DNA of 64,000 nucleotides, taken from Deferrisomatales bacterium. GTDB taxonomy: Bacteria; Desulfobacterota; Deferrisomatia; Deferrisomatales; JACRMM01. The stretch lies in contig JAWSUI010000011.1 of NCBI GenBank assembly GCA_033551855.1, positions 20,972 to 84,971 on the forward strand. Reading direction: 5' to 3'. The notes under the pieces are model-generated. The model saw nothing but the letters and a program-made list of their open reading frames with translations. It was not told where the DNA came from and ran no database searches. The translations under genes were made by a program, and so were the position numbers. Positions within the stretch are counted from its first letter, which is position 1, and the number at the start of each line of letters is the position of its first letter. Below are positions 55,649 to 64,000 of the stretch, in pieces.

Positions 55649-55966
55649 ATGCGAACCATCTTCCGGAAGCTCCGCGGCAAGACCGGCCTCGTCCTTCTTG
55701 CTGCGACCGCGGCCGTCGCGGCGGCCGGCACGGCCCTGGCCCTGCCGGTCCCGGTGGCCGGCGACCTCGGCTACGACGTCTACACCCTCTTCATGGACAT
55801 CAAGGACGGCCCGGTGGGCTACGCCGGGGCCGGCATCGGCATCGCCGGCGCGGCCTTCCTCGGCTACAAGTCGCAGTGGATCCCGGCCGTCGGCGCCCTT
55901 CTCGGCACCGGCGCCATCGTCAAGGCCGACACCATCGTCCAGAGCCTCGGCGCCCTCATCGGCTGA
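55649..55966 (+). CDS. Conjugative pilin precursor candidate (TraA/TrbC-like)
   Basis: 105 aa: long leader ending ALA-LP, then two Gly/Ala-rich hydrophobic helices. Lies directly upstream of traL and is followed by a terminator-like hairpin. Confidence 0.55.
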   Translation: MRTIFRKLRGKTGLVLLAATAAVAAAGTALALPVPVAGDLGYDVYTLFMDIKDGPVGYAGAGIGIAGAAFLGYKSQWIPAVGALLGTGAIVKADTIVQSLGALIG

Positions 55967-55993
55967 ACCGACGCACGGGCCCTCCCGGCCCTC

Positions 55994-56034
55994 GGGAGGG
56001 GCGCGGCGCCCCAGACGCGTCCCTCCCCCTTTTT
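55994..56034 (+). terminator. Intrinsic-terminator-like hairpin plus T5 after the pilin gene
   Basis: GGGAGGG-G-CGCG...CGCG-T-CCCTCCC followed by CCTTTTT (T-run 56030-56034). Confidence 0.5.
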
Positions 56035-56048
56035 GACGGCAAAGGCAA

Positions 56049-56082
56049 GACCTTGGACATGATGAGACCTTGGACATGATGA
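56049..56082. repeat. Perfect 17-bp tandem direct repeat (GACCTTGGACATGATGA x2)
   Basis: Copies at 56049-56065 and 56066-56082 are identical. They lie in the relatively AT-rich 275-bp pilin-traL spacer. Confidence 0.95.
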
Positions 56083-56240
56083 CAGGATTGGCCGGATGGA
56101 AACCCCAATGGGGCACCTCGGTGGGCTCATGCGGAGAACGGGTGTGCGAAGTCTCCCAACCGAACCTGAGACCTCACACATGAGGAGAATCATCCCGTTC
56201 ATCCTGTAATCCTGTCCAAAAAAGCCGTTCGGAGGTTGCC

Positions 56241-56510
56241 ATGAAGCGCGTGCCCTTTCCCCAGTACCTCTCCCGGCCCATGCAGTTCCTCTGGTGGGAG
56301 AGCGACGAGCTCGCCGTGATCCTCCTCTTCGTGGGGTTGGCCATGATGTTCGAGGGGGTCTTCTGGTTCCTGCCCTTCCTCGGGAGCTACGCCTTCGTGC
56401 GACTCAAGCGCGAGTACCCGAAGGACTTCCTCCGCCACGTCTTCTACTTCCTCGGGCTCACCCGCTTGAAGGGCTACCCGGAGTACTGGGAGCGGGAGTT
56501 CTCGGAATGA
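56241..56510 (+). CDS. traL: Type-F conjugative transfer protein TraL
   Basis: 89 aa. FPQYLSRPMQFLWWESDEL then a TM helix, the TraL-family N-terminal pattern. Confidence 0.75.
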   Translation: MKRVPFPQYLSRPMQFLWWESDELAVILLFVGLAMMFEGVFWFLPFLGSYAFVRLKREYPKDFLRHVFYFLGLTRLKGYPEYWEREFSE

Positions 56511-57127
56511 GGGCCGCGAAGTTCCTCGACGAGAAGAGCAACCTCACCTCACAGAACCGGCTCCTCAAGTTCGCGGTGGTTGCCCTGGTCCTGGCCGAGG
56601 CGGTGCAGGGGGTGGCCACGGTCCGGGCGCTCCGCTACCAGCGGACGATCCTCGTCCCTGCGTCCCTCAACCGCCAAGTCGAGTTCGTGGGGGACCGGGC
56701 GAGCCCGGAGTACGTACGGGAGTTCGCGCGCTACGCCGTGGGCCTCGCCCTCAACGTCACCCCGGCCACCGCAAGCGGGAACTTCGAGGAGCTTCTGACC
56801 CTCTACTCCCCGCGGGCCTATGCCTCCGGCCGGAAGGCGTTCTACGCCATGGCCCGGGACATCGAGGGGGCCAAGGTCTCCGGGGTCTTCTATCCGCTCA
56901 AGATTCGGCCCGAGGAGGCCCAGGGCCGGATCGAGATCGAGGGGCACCGCAAACTCTACACCGACGACCTCCTGGTGGAGAGCGCCCGCAAGACCTACGT
57001 GCTCCGCTACGAGGTCGTGGACGGCCGCTTCCAGGTCCTGGGCCTCGTGGAGAAGGCGCAAGAGGCGGACCTGGAGGCTGCGATCCAGGCTCCGGAACCA
57101 AGCCAGGAAGAGGAGACATCGGAATGA
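56507..57127 (+). CDS. traE: Type-F conjugative transfer protein TraE
   Basis: ATGA overlap with traL. N-terminal TM anchor, then ...RTILVP......F.V.......EY...FA.Y...L.LNVTP...... as in TraE. Confidence 0.75.
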   Translation: MRAAKFLDEKSNLTSQNRLLKFAVVALVLAEAVQGVATVRALRYQRTILVPASLNRQVEFVGDRASPEYVREFARYAVGLALNVTPATASGNFEELLTLYSPRAYASGRKAFYAMARDIEGAKVSGVFYPLKIRPEEAQGRIEIEGHRKLYTDDLLVESARKTYVLRYEVVDGRFQVLGLVEKAQEADLEAAIQAPEPSQEEETSE

Positions 57128-57939
57128 AGCCAGCCACTCCACGGAATGAGCCGCCCCTCCATCCTCTCTGCCTGGCTGCGTGCGCCCTCGCGCTCGTCCT
57201 CGCGACGACAGCGGGCGCTGCGGAAGCGGAATCGCCCCCTGACCCCGACGTCCGGTTCCGGAACGTCGTCGTCCACCCGGAGACCCCGACGGTGGTGGAG
57301 ATGAGCTCCACCGACGTGAACAGGGTCACCTGCTCCGAGCCGATCCAGGACGTCGTCTATTCGGCGGAGAAGGGGGTGAGCGTGCGCTTCCTCGACCGGG
57401 AGGCCTTCGTCAAGTTTCTCGTCCGGAAGAAGGGACCCGAGACCCTCTACGCCACCGACCCCACCGAGCTCTACGTGGTCTGCGGCGGCGCGGTCTACAC
57501 CCTGATCGCCCAGCCCCGGAAGATCCCCCCGCCCCCGATCCGCCTCGCCGCTCCCAAGGGCGACGCGGTGCGGGAGAACCGCGAGCACCTGGGCGGTCTC
57601 CCCCGGGAGGTGAAGCTCGTGACCCTCATCCGGGAGGCCTACACCGGGGAGCTCCCGGAGAGCTACCTGGTCCGGCCGGTGAACCGGACGGTCGCCCTGG
57701 CTCCTGACCTCACCGTGGTGGTTCGCCGCCTCGTGCTCGTGGAGGGGGAGGGGCTTCAGATCAAGGAGCTCCACGTCACCGCGGGGCCTCAAGGGGGCGA
57801 GCGCCGCCTGGCCGAGCACCTCTTCGCCAACCCGGCCCTGGGCCCGGAGAGAAAGGTCGCCGTGGCCATCGAGAAGACGAACCTCCAGCCCGGCGAGACC
57901 ACGCGCGTCCTCGTGGTCGAGCTGGCCCAGGGGAGCTGA
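57124..57939 (+). CDS. traK: Type-F conjugative transfer protein TraK (secretin-like)
   Basis: Signal peptide, ...V.MSSTDVNR..C....I.DV.YS.EKG, and position between traE and traB. Confidence 0.7.
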   Translation: MKPATPRNEPPLHPLCLAACALALVLATTAGAAEAESPPDPDVRFRNVVVHPETPTVVEMSSTDVNRVTCSEPIQDVVYSAEKGVSVRFLDREAFVKFLVRKKGPETLYATDPTELYVVCGGAVYTLIAQPRKIPPPPIRLAAPKGDAVRENREHLGGLPREVKLVTLIREAYTGELPESYLVRPVNRTVALAPDLTVVVRRLVLVEGEGLQIKELHVTAGPQGGERRLAEHLFANPALGPERKVAVAIEKTNLQPGETTRVLVVELAQGS

Positions 57940-57942
57940 ACC

Positions 57943-59160
57943 ATGAACCGCCTCGCCAAGTGGTTCTCCGGCCTCCCGCCGAAGCGAAAGCGCCGGCTGG
58001 TCCTCCTGGGCATCCTCGCCCTCGTGTCCGGCCTCTTCATGCTCGGCTACCGCCCAGACGAGGCGCCTCGGCGCCGGGAGGCCCCGCTGGTCCGGGAGCT
58101 CACCCTGGACGGGCAAAGCCTCGAGAGGGCCAAGTACCTCGACCTCCAGCGTCAGCTCGAAGCGCTCGCCCAGGAGAGAGCCAAGCGGGTAAAGGACGGC
58201 CGGGACCCCAGGGCTTCGGTGCCGGCCGACCAGTCCAGGCGCGAAGCGCCGGCTCGGGAGGTCCCGGCCGAGCCGGAGGCGGGCTCCCTGCGCCTGCCCA
58301 CGGCGGCCGAGATCGCCCCTTTGCCCACACCCGCGCCGGCCCCGGCGCCGGTAGCGCAGCCGACGCCGCCCCCGCCCGCCCCGCCGGGCCGCGCGCCGCT
58401 CCCCCAGCCCTCCATGGAGCCCCTGGAGGAGATCGTCGGCGGGATCGAGGTGGCCTCCAACGGGTTGGCCGCCGCCAAGGGCAAGACCGCTCCCCAGGAG
58501 AAAAAAAAAGACCGCAGGGAGGCCGTCTACCTCCCCCCGTCGTTCATGGAGGCGACGCTTCTCACTGGGCTCGACGCCTCTACCTCTGGGGAAGGTAGGA
58601 AGAGCCCGGAGCCGCTGCTCCTGCGCGTCCAGAAGCCGGCGGTGCTCCCGAACCGCGTCAAGGCGAATCTGCGCGGCTGCTTCGTCATCGCCGAGGCCAC
58701 GGGGTCTCTCGCCAAGGAGCGGGCCATGGTGCGGCTCGTGTCCCTGAGCTGCCTCGACCGGAAGGGGCAGGCCGTGATCGACCAGCCGGTCAAGGGCTTC
58801 GTGGTGGACGTGGACGGCAAGGTCGGCCTCGGGGGGCGCGTCGTCTCCAAGATGGGCGCGGCCACGGCCCGGGCGGTGATCGCCGGGATCTTCGGTGGGG
58901 CCGGCGAGGTGCTCCAATCGGCGAGCACGGCCCAGACCATCTCCCCTCTAGGCGCGACCCAGATCGTGGACAGCGAGAACCTCGTCCGGGCCTCCCTGGG
59001 CGGGGGGCTCTCCGCCGGGGCGAACACCCTTCGGGACTTCTACCTGGAGCTCGCCAAGCAGGCCACCCCGGTGATCGAGGTCGGGGCGGCCAAGGGGGTC
59101 ACCGTGGTGATCAGTGAGGGGGTAGATCTCCTGGTCCGGGACGTGAGCCCGGTCCCCTGA
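57943..59160 (+). CDS. traB: Type-F conjugative transfer protein TraB (VirB10-like)
   Basis: N-terminal TM helix, a coiled-coil, a Pro-rich linker (PTPAPAPAPVAQPTPPPPAPP) and a C-terminal beta-domain (...G.......G.GG.V......). Confidence 0.75.
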   Translation: MNRLAKWFSGLPPKRKRRLVLLGILALVSGLFMLGYRPDEAPRRREAPLVRELTLDGQSLERAKYLDLQRQLEALAQERAKRVKDGRDPRASVPADQSRREAPAREVPAEPEAGSLRLPTAAEIAPLPTPAPAPAPVAQPTPPPPAPPGRAPLPQPSMEPLEEIVGGIEVASNGLAAAKGKTAPQEKKKDRREAVYLPPSFMEATLLTGLDASTSGEGRKSPEPLLLRVQKPAVLPNRVKANLRGCFVIAEATGSLAKERAMVRLVSLSCLDRKGQAVIDQPVKGFVVDVDGKVGLGGRVVSKMGAATARAVIAGIFGGAGEVLQSASTAQTISPLGATQIVDSENLVRASLGGGLSAGANTLRDFYLELAKQATPVIEVGAAKGVTVVISEGVDLLVRDVSPVP

Positions 59161-59178
59161 CGGAGAAAGGATGGGAGC

Positions 59179-59742
59179 GTGAAACAGATCCGATGGACCT
59201 GCGGGCGGCTCCTGAGCGGCGGCCTTGTCAGCGTCTTGTTCCTGGGCGGGTGCGGCGTCGTGAATCCCTACCGGAGCGACTTCAAGTGCCCACCCCTGGA
59301 CGACGGGAAGTGCATCAGCGTCGAAGAGGCCTACGACGAGGCCCTGGGCTTCGGGCGCGATCTGGCTCCCCGCCAAGACTGCTCCAGGGAGGCAAAGGCG
59401 CCGGCCCAGGCCCCCTGCGAGCCGTGCCCCAACTGGCCGGACTGCGGAAACGACTGGTGCGAGGAGGCGGCCGGGGGCACCCCAGCGCCCTGCAAGGGCG
59501 CCCCGGCGCCTCCTCCGCCTACCCCCTCGGAGGAGTACCAGGGAGCCCTCTACCGCCGCCTGGCCGGCCTGGTGCAGGAGCCGCGCACGCCTCTGGTGGC
59601 TCCTCCCGAGGTCCTGCGGGTCTGGCTCCTCCCCTACGAGGGGGAGGGAGGAGAGCTCTTCATGGAGCGCTACGTATACGTGATGGTCCAGAAGCCCCGC
59701 TGGGTGCTCGGCACCTACCTCACGGAGCAGGAGGACAAGTGA
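59179..59742 (+). CDS. traV: Type-F conjugative transfer lipoprotein TraV
   Basis: Lipobox FLGGC, paired Cys (FKCP...GKC) and C-terminal ...LRVWLLPYE...G.L....YVYV....P.W. Confidence 0.7.
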   Translation: MKQIRWTCGRLLSGGLVSVLFLGGCGVVNPYRSDFKCPPLDDGKCISVEEAYDEALGFGRDLAPRQDCSREAKAPAQAPCEPCPNWPDCGNDWCEEAAGGTPAPCKGAPAPPPPTPSEEYQGALYRRLAGLVQEPRTPLVAPPEVLRVWLLPYEGEGGELFMERYVYVMVQKPRWVLGTYLTEQEDK

Positions 59743-62246
59743 TGCTGTCGGCTCTCCGGTCCTTCGGACAACGGGTGCGGGACGCCTCGGAGCAGGGCCT
59801 GCGGTTCTCGGACCTCCTCCGGGCCGCCGACCGCCACCCCTTCTCGGTCTACCTCCCGTGGCTCGCCTACGACGGGGAGACCGACACCTACGTCCTCCAG
59901 GACGGCACGGTGGGGGCCCTGTGGGAGTGCCACCCGCTCGCTTTCGCCTCGGCCCAGACCGCCAACGGCCTCGACGGGCTCTTCCGTCTCGGGCTTCCCG
60001 ACGGGGCCGCGCTCCAGTTCGTGCTCCACGCCGACTCGCACCTGGAAGGGCACCTGGCTTCGTATCAGAGCTTGAAAACCCGGGATGATCCCACCGTGGC
60101 GGCCTGCGTGGAGGAGTTTACGGCGTTCCTCCGGGAGGGCACCGCGGGCATCCCCAAGCTCTCCGGCATCCCGGTCCGGGACTTCCGGCTCTTCGTGATT
60201 CTCAAGGTCCCCATGGACAAGACCTCGCCGCTTCGCTGGGAGGATCTGCGGGCGAGCACCGAGGAGATCCTCCAGGGGGCGTCCCTCTGGCCCCGGAGCG
60301 TCGGGCCCGAGGCGCTCCTGGCCTGGGCGCGGCGGCTCTTCAACGACGACGCGGGCGGGAACGCCGCCCACTACGACGCGGAGCGCGCGATCCGCGACCA
60401 GGTGATCTACGCCGAGACCGGGGTCTGGGACGAGGGCCGGCACCTCGCCATCGGGGAGAACCACTGGGCCTGCCTCACCCCCAAGGCCAACCCCAAGGAG
60501 GTGGACCTCTTCAGCACGAACCAGCTCGCCGGAGGGGTGTGGGGCCTCGTGAGCGACGCGGACCAGATCCAGACCCCGTTCCTCCTGTCCCTGAACTTGA
60601 TCTTCGAGAGCCTGGCTCCACGGCTCCACGCCAAGTGCAACCTGGTCCTGGGCCAGGGCGCTGCGGGGAGCTTCGCCCCGAGCCTCGCGCGGAAGAAGGA
60701 GGAGTACCTGCGCGCCGTGGACTCCCTCGAGCGCGGCGCGGTCTTCGTCCGGGCGCTCCCCACCCTCTGGGTCTGGGGGAGGGACAAGCAGCTCGTGGCC
60801 GAGGCTTTCACCCGCGCGAAGCGCATCTGGGAGAACTCGGGCTACGTCATGCAGCAGGACCGGGGGATCCTGAAGGTCCTCTTCCTCCTCTCGCTCCCCT
60901 TCGGGCTCTACCTCCAGGGGAAGAACCTCGAGAACATCGCCCGGGACGCGATCGTGGACTCCGAGGCGGCCACCGCCATCCTCCCGGTCCAGGCCGACTT
61001 CGCCGGCGGCGGCAAGCCCGCGCTTCTCTTCGTCGGCCGCAAGGGCCAGCTCGCGACGCTGGACTTCTTCGACGCCAGGGCCAACAACCACAACTTCCTG
61101 ATTGCCGCCGAGAGCGGCTCGGGGAAGAGCTTCCTCACGAACTACGTGGCCTACAACTACTGGGCCAACGAGGCCATGGTCCGGGTGGTGGACATCGGCG
61201 GGAGCTACAAGAAGCTCGCCCGGATCACGAACGGCCGCTACATCGACTTCGGCGAAGCGGGAGCGGGAGGGAAGGCCCTCTGCCTCAACCCCTTCACCCA
61301 CATCGTGGAGCCCGAGCACGAGCTCCAGGTGGTGGACGCGGTGGTGGCCCAGATGATCTACAGCCGCTCGGGGGCCCGGCCCTCGGAGACCGAGAGCTCG
61401 CTCATCCGCTCCGCGGTCCAGTGGGCCTGGGCCCAGGAGGAGAACGAGGCCGACGTCGACGCGATCTACCACTTCCTCGCGCACCTGAAGGACGTGCCCG
61501 GCTTGGACGACGCCCCCATGCTCAAGCACCCGAAGATCGTCGAGCAGGCCGGGATGCTCTCCTTCAACCTGCGGGAGTTCACGAGCCAGGGGACCTTCGG
61601 GCGCTACTTCAACGGGCGAAGCACCTTCGACATCCGCTCGGACGAGTTCGTGGTCCTGGAGCTCGAGCACTTGAAGGGCCAGACCTCCCTCTTCCGGGTC
61701 GTGACGCTTCTGGTGATCAACGCCGTGACCCAGGACCTCTACCTCTCCGACCGCTCCCGGGAGCGGTTCGTGATGTTCGACGAGGCCTGGCAGTTCCTGG
61801 AGCACGAGGCCGACACGCTCACCCAGGTGATCAACGAGGGCTACCGCCGGGCCCGGAAGTACCAGGGGTCCTTCGGCATCATCGTGCAGTCGATCGAGGA
61901 CCTGGCCCAGTTCGGCAAGGTGGGCCAGGTGATCCTCAACAACAGCTCCTTCAAGCTCTTCCTCCAGTCCTCGGGGTTCCACAAGGCGAAGCAGAAGGGC
62001 CTCGTGGACTACGAGGACTTCACCATGCGCATCCTCCAGAGCCTCGCCTCGAAGAAGGGGGACTACTCGGAGATCTTCGCCGACACACCCTTCGGGGTGG
62101 GGGTCCTGCGTCTCGTGGTGGACCCCTTCTTCTACGGGGTCTGCACCTCCAACGGGAAGGAGAACGCCGCGATCGAGCGCGCAGTGGCCCGGGGGATGAC
62201 CTACGCGGAGGCGATCCGCCACATGCTGGAGCAGCGGGATGCGTAG
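59742..62246 (+). CDS. traC: Type-F conjugative transfer ATPase TraC (VirB4 family)
   Basis: 834 aa from ATG 59742 (overlaps the traV stop). Walker A AESGSGKSF, Walker B VMFDEAWQFL. The N-terminal region matches the TraC layout. Confidence 0.9.
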   Translation: MLSALRSFGQRVRDASEQGLRFSDLLRAADRHPFSVYLPWLAYDGETDTYVLQDGTVGALWECHPLAFASAQTANGLDGLFRLGLPDGAALQFVLHADSHLEGHLASYQSLKTRDDPTVAACVEEFTAFLREGTAGIPKLSGIPVRDFRLFVILKVPMDKTSPLRWEDLRASTEEILQGASLWPRSVGPEALLAWARRLFNDDAGGNAAHYDAERAIRDQVIYAETGVWDEGRHLAIGENHWACLTPKANPKEVDLFSTNQLAGGVWGLVSDADQIQTPFLLSLNLIFESLAPRLHAKCNLVLGQGAAGSFAPSLARKKEEYLRAVDSLERGAVFVRALPTLWVWGRDKQLVAEAFTRAKRIWENSGYVMQQDRGILKVLFLLSLPFGLYLQGKNLENIARDAIVDSEAATAILPVQADFAGGGKPALLFVGRKGQLATLDFFDARANNHNFLIAAESGSGKSFLTNYVAYNYWANEAMVRVVDIGGSYKKLARITNGRYIDFGEAGAGGKALCLNPFTHIVEPEHELQVVDAVVAQMIYSRSGARPSETESSLIRSAVQWAWAQEENEADVDAIYHFLAHLKDVPGLDDAPMLKHPKIVEQAGMLSFNLREFTSQGTFGRYFNGRSTFDIRSDEFVVLELEHLKGQTSLFRVVTLLVINAVTQDLYLSDRSRERFVMFDEAWQFLEHEADTLTQVINEGYRRARKYQGSFGIIVQSIEDLAQFGKVGQVILNNSSFKLFLQSSGFHKAKQKGLVDYEDFTMRILQSLASKKGDYSEIFADTPFGVGVLRLVVDPFFYGVCTSNGKENAAIERAVARGMTYAEAIRHMLEQRDA

Positions 62247-64000
62247 CGTGAGCAGCAAGGCCGCCACCGCCGCGCTCCTCCTGACCGGGTTCTTCGCGGG
62301 GAGCGCTCTCGCGGGGGAAGCCGAGGACGCGGCGAGCGCCGCCTACGGGCAGGTCCACTCCGCCTATGGGCAGAAGGACGCCTTCCGCCAAAGCGCGACG
62401 CTCCCCCTGACCTCGGACGGGACACCGATGGAGACCCTGGATGGCGAGACCTCGTTCCCCGCCCAGCTCCGTGCCCCGTCGAGCGACGCCTACCTCACGG
62501 TCCTCGCCCAGCCCGGCGGGACCGGAGACCTCCAGGTGGTCCGGATCGGCCAGGACACGGACCTGGACGGGACTCCGGACTACGCCTTCACCGTGCCCTT
62601 CCGGGTCTCCGGAGTCTGCGCCAACGGAGTGATCGGCTGCGAGCCGGGGACCTGGTCGAACTGCCGCTTCCACGAGTGGGTGGCCGACGCCTCGGGGCGG
62701 GTGAGCCTCCGCGAGGTGCCAGCCTCGTCCCTCGGGGGCTGCTACTGCATCAACGACGACTGCGGCTCGAACCTCGTCTGGACGAACCTCGCCCTGGTTC
62801 TCCGGGACCTGGGGGGCGGCGCCGTGGGCGCGGCCCAGGCGGCCCGGCCCGACTTCTCCGTCTCCGAGGTCCGGGTGGACCCTCCGACCGTCACCTACTA
62901 CGGCCAGAAGGTGGGCGCCGCGGCGCCCGGCCCGGCCACCGCCGTCACCCAGCAGCGCTACTACCGGGACGCCCTCGGCCTGGAGGCCGACGCCCGGGCC
63001 GAGCTCCTGGCCCAGGGGGGGGACCCGGGGAGCCTCTACTCCCTCACCCTCGGCGCCATGACCCGCGCGGGCACCGGGGCGAGCCGCTCGACGTGCACGG
63101 TGGAGCGAAGCGTCACCCTGGAGGAGGTGACCCTGGCCGACATCCTGGAGGACCGGGGCGGGACCGAGGGGTCCTTCACCCCCTCGATCGACCCTGTGAC
63201 TGGGCAGCCCTACGTCCGCTGGGTCCTCGGGCGGTACACGTCCTCCAGCTGGATGCCGAACAACAGCATCGTAGACCAGATCCGGGAGGTCTACATCGCC
63301 CGGCCCGAGCGCATCACGAGGGCCGTCCTCACCGAGGTCCGCTCCGACGACACGACGCTGGTGGTCCTCGGGGGCACCGTGGTCTACGGGCAACCCTGGA
63401 TGTGCGGCTACGACGGCACGGGCTGCAGCCTCTCGGCCGGAAACCTCCTCACCTACCCGGACCTCGACCTCACGGCTCACTTTCGGAGCCCGGGCCTCCT
63501 GGAGGGGAACGCCCGGGTCTTCGTCGGAAGGAACGGCGAGGGCTACGCGGTGATCCGGATCGAGGTCGAGGAGAGCTGCGAGCCGAGGGAGGCCGTCGCC
63601 AACGGCTGCGCCGGCTTCGAGGCGGACCCGGCCTGTACCCTCGGAGGGGAGACGGTGGATGGGGTCGTCACCGTCCGGAACGGGACCCCCACCGGCCTCG
63701 TCCCGCTGGGGGAGACCCGAACGATCACCGGGGGGAACTGCGTCCTGGACGTCACACCGGCCTGGTGGCGGAAGGAACGGTCCTACCTCTGTGCCGACGC
63801 GGCCGCCTTCGACTTCGCGGACGCAAAGGAGCGGCTGGGGGCGATCGACGCCAGCGTGGCCTTCGGGGCGGGAACGCTCACCTACACGGACCGGAGACGC
63901 GACGCCTCCGGCGCGTGGGTGGTCGAGGACGGCGCGATCGAGGTCGGCCTCACCCCGGCCCCGGGCGAGTGCGAGCGCGCCTGCAAGACCCGCCGGCGGC
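62239..64000 (+). CDS. Cys-rich secreted protein, TraN-like (mating-pair stabilisation); 3' end outside the window
   Basis: Not in the supplied ORF track because no stop occurs. I translated phase 1 by hand from ATG 62239 to 64000 (587 codons, no stop). Signal peptide MRSVSSKAATAALLLTGFFAGSALA. Many Cys pairs (GVCANGVIGC, GGCYCINDDCG, CAGFEADPAC, WWRKERSYLC). Confidence 0.6.
   Translation, partial: MRSVSSKAATAALLLTGFFAGSALAGEAEDAASAAYGQVHSAYGQKDAFRQSATLPLTSDGTPMETLDGETSFPAQLRAPSSDAYLTVLAQPGGTGDLQVVRIGQDTDLDGTPDYAFTVPFRVSGVCANGVIGCEPGTWSNCRFHEWVADASGRVSLREVPASSLGGCYCINDDCGSNLVWTNLALVLRDLGGGAVGAAQAARPDFSVSEVRVDPPTVTYYGQKVGAAAPGPATAVTQQRYYRDALGLEADARAELLAQGGDPGSLYSLTLGAMTRAGTGASRSTCTVERSVTLEEVTLADILEDRGGTEGSFTPSIDPVTGQPYVRWVLGRYTSSSWMPNNSIVDQIREVYIARPERITRAVLTEVRSDDTTLVVLGGTVVYGQPWMCGYDGTGCSLSAGNLLTYPDLDLTAHFRSPGLLEGNARVFVGRNGEGYAVIRIEVEESCEPREAVANGCAGFEADPACTLGGETVDGVVTVRNGTPTGLVPLGETRTITGGNCVLDVTPAWWRKERSYLCADAAAFDFADAKERLGAIDASVAFGAGTLTYTDRRRDASGAWVVEDGAIEVGLTPAPGECERACKTRRR

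Larger units (their letters stand above)
49494..64000. mobile_element. Integrative conjugative element (left junction at tRNA-Gly(GCC); right end beyond the window) with an MPF-F-type T4SS
   Basis: tRNA, then tyrosine integrase, excisionase-like HTH and an XRE/sigma switch, then dsbC-pilin-traL-E-K-B-V-C-traN-like genes with 1-8 nt overlaps. Confidence 0.8.

Noticed and set aside
1-64000. Scan for CRISPR arrays, rRNA genes, IS transposases, and toxin-antitoxin or restriction-modification gene pairs.
   Set aside because: I found no regularly spaced repeats, no rRNA-like conserved blocks, and no DDE/HUH transposase or methyltransferase motifs in any credible frame.

Overview
This is a high-GC (about 70% by eye) bacterial chromosomal segment. 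No rRNA genes, CRISPR arrays or IS transposases were seen. Gene content suggests an anaerobic Desulfobacterota/Myxococcota-like organism, but that is a low-confidence inference.

Positions 1-49.5 kb are core genome:
- archaeal-type phosphoglycerate mutase, a PHP phosphoesterase, PhzF and an alpha/beta hydrolase
- two orphan Dpp/Opp ABC ATPases preceded by a permease remnant
- a DUF523/DUF1722 protein, GNAT, an MFS transporter, CorA and a DUF481 outer-membrane protein
- tRNA-Gly(CCC) with a consensus promoter, HU and a DHH phosphoesterase
- a long, translationally coupled tetrapyrrole operon: gmhA-like, DHS-like, sirC, ccsA/hemX, hemA, hemC, cobA-hemD, an AhbD/NirJ-type radical SAM gene and hemE
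- ChrA, a FAD oxidoreductase and Cfa
- a TatT-associated TRAP transporter, IorAB and a MerR regulator
- a gspL-gspM-gspN-hisI-hisG string, an S21-like protein, a HAD hydrolase, a SEC-C mini-protein, a response-regulator GGDEF protein and a lytic transglycosylase

At 49.5 kb, tRNA-Gly(GCC) is followed by a tyrosine integrase. This begins an integrative conjugative element that runs off the window. Leftward it carries an excisionase-like HTH gene and an XRE / small membrane protein / EEP-nuclease operon. Rightward it carries a sigma-70-like gene, then dsbC, a pilin gene and traL-E-K-B-V-C plus a TraN-like ORF (MPF-F type IV secretion).

The leads most worth following are the element's regulatory and cargo module, a repeat-rich intergenic region in front of traL, the mixed haem-pathway operon, and several decay or frameshift signatures.

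Many long ORFs in the supplied track are antisense or out-of-frame artefacts of the GC content and were not annotated.
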